Assembly (NCBI GenBank): GCA_007120085.1
Contig: SKOK01000108.1
Location: forward strand, 1 to 42,069
Direction: 5' to 3'
Origin: Bacteroidales bacterium
GTDB taxonomy: Bacteria > Bacteroidota > Bacteroidia > Bacteroidales > UBA7960
Length of the DNA: 42,069 nucleotides
Shown: positions 40,971-42,069 of the stretch, piece by piece
Position numbering within the stretch: the first letter of the stretch is position 1
Layout of the letters: every line of letters starts with the position of its first letter
The notes under the pieces: model-generated
What the model was told of the DNA's origin: nothing
The model's database searches: none
What the model saw: only the letters and a program-made list of their open reading frames with translations
Program-made: the position numbers and the translations under genes

Positions 40971-41900
40971 TCATATCCATTCTTCTTTGATCACTTCGCC
41001 TTGCAGACTTACTGTTATGGCTTTAACCGGCACTTTTCGGTTTGCTCTTTCGCTGGCCAGTTGTGCCATTTGCAGCAATCCTGAGCAGCAGGGTACCTGC
41101 ATTTTCATTACGGTTAACGTATTGATGCTGGCATCGTTGATCATTGCAGTCAGTTTGTCAATATAAACTTCTTTGCCCTGATCAAGCTTCGGGCAGGCAA
41201 TCGCCAGGCCCTTCCCTGCCAAATATTTGCTGTGAAAATTGCCCATCGAAAAAGCTACGCAGTCGGCAGCTAACAACACATCCGCATTTTGAAAATATGG
41301 GGCTTGCGGGTTGAGCAGATGAAGCTGCACAGGCCACTGCCTGAGCATGGAGCTTTGCTCTGTTTGGTTGTTTACCTCCACCGCCCTCGCAGGCTTTTCA
41401 AAATCCATCATTTGGGATCCGGGACAACCGCCAAAATGAACCTGACCATTCTTTAAGGATCTTTTAATATCATTATCAGTAACTTGCGAAGTGCCTTCGT
41501 GATCTTGTTTGCTCATAATGGGATTATTGTTAAATGGTTTTAGTTTCGTTAGGTTTACCTTGAGCTTGTGCTCTTTGATGTATTGTATGCCTTGTTCCAC
41601 AAATTCTGTTTGCAGATGGTCAATTAAATGGTTAAGGTGTGCGATTACGGTAGCTTCACCTTTTGGTGAAATCCTTTCCATTACTTTGTATTCGTCATAA
41701 GGTTCGGCCTCTCTTTCTTCGAGCGTGATGGCCGCAACCGGGCATTCGGGGATGCAAGCCCCCAGTCCGTCGCAATACAGGTCGCTGATCATGCGTGCTT
41801 TTCCGTCAATCAGCTGCAAGGCGCCCTCGTGGCAGCCCTCAACGCAAAGACCACATCCGTTGCAGAGGTCTTCGTCTATTTTAATTATGGTTCGTTTCAT
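40971..41900 (-). CDS. 4Fe-4S dicluster ferredoxin-domain protein with C-terminal Cys-rich domain
   Basis: CNGCGLCVEGCH and CDGLGACIPECP; C-domain GGCPGS, QWPVQL, AADC, ACPKLD and VPCC. Confidence 0.9.
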   Translation of the reverse strand: MKRTIIKIDEDLCNGCGLCVEGCHEGALQLIDGKARMISDLYCDGLGACIPECPVAAITLEEREAEPYDEYKVMERISPKGEATVIAHLNHLIDHLQTEFVEQGIQYIKEHKLKVNLTKLKPFNNNPIMSKQDHEGTSQVTDNDIKRSLKNGQVHFGGCPGSQMMDFEKPARAVEVNNQTEQSSMLRQWPVQLHLLNPQAPYFQNADVLLAADCVAFSMGNFHSKYLAGKGLAIACPKLDQGKEVYIDKLTAMINDASINTLTVMKMQVPCCSGLLQMAQLASERANRKVPVKAITVSLQGEVIKEEWI

Positions 41901-41977
41901 TGGTTCATAGTTTATGGTTCATGGTTGCTGGTTGCTGGTTACTGGTTTCTGGTTTCTGGTTTCTGGTTACTGGTTAC
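41901..41977. repeat. Heptamer tandem array, 11 units of TGGTTNN (mostly TGGTTTC/TGGTTAC/TGGTTGC)
   Basis: Counted directly; abuts the ATG at 41900. Confidence 0.95.
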
Positions 41978-42068
41978 GGCCGAGATAAATACATCCGTTT
42001 TTTCCGGCAACAAGATGGGCAACGGCGCGGGTGATCTTGCGCGTCACAAATGTCTCACCCCGCCGCGG
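41967..42068 (-). pseudogene. gmd: 3'-truncated GDP-mannose 4,6-dehydratase fragment (extends beyond the window)
   Basis: Minus frame reads [30 protein letters not shown], the Gmd signature, then RNQ* encoded by the heptamer array instead of NLDAKRDWG. Confidence 0.85.
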
Positions 42069-42069
42069 G

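Noticed and set aside
40567-41166. 199-aa plus-strand ORF, and the 40169-40504 and 40646-40852 ORFs
   Set aside because: They run through repeat elements or antisense to the Fe-S genes, and have no protein-like motifs.

Overview
A 42 kb stretch of mostly core chromosome from a Bacteroidota, probably Bacteroidales, bacterium. The assignment rests on TAnnTTTG promoters, A-rich translation starts without Shine-Dalgarno motifs, the rpmG-DUF4295-ftsY order and short sigma70 proteins lacking region 1.1. It carries about 34 intact CDS: an SSS transporter, a DcaP-like porin, a USP, slyD, rpmG, ftsY, rimO, an M14 peptidase, PGM/PMM, mltG, dapF, htrA, two sigma70 paralogues, a cpdB-like gene, pyrD, an MsbA-like ABC transporter, purB, yidC, pyrG, rpe, pnp, rpsO, a DUF5916-like protein, a serine hydrolase and two Fe-S proteins. 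I saw no rRNA, tRNA, CRISPR array, transposase or prophage, and no clear-cut novel multi-gene system. The best leads are: (1) both a Bacteroides-type and a Flavobacterium-type primary sigma70, the second preceded by an ECF-like promoter and a perfect 16-bp palindrome; (2) 7-bp tandem arrays at gene junctions, one of which truncates a gmd gene at the right edge; (3) MltG with Cys at the Asp position linked to reaction type; (4) a likely carboxylate uptake/activation module (acyl-CoA ligase, SSS, DcaP); (5) an intergenic cluster of several REP-like palindromes. All family calls come from motif recognition by eye, not from database searches.
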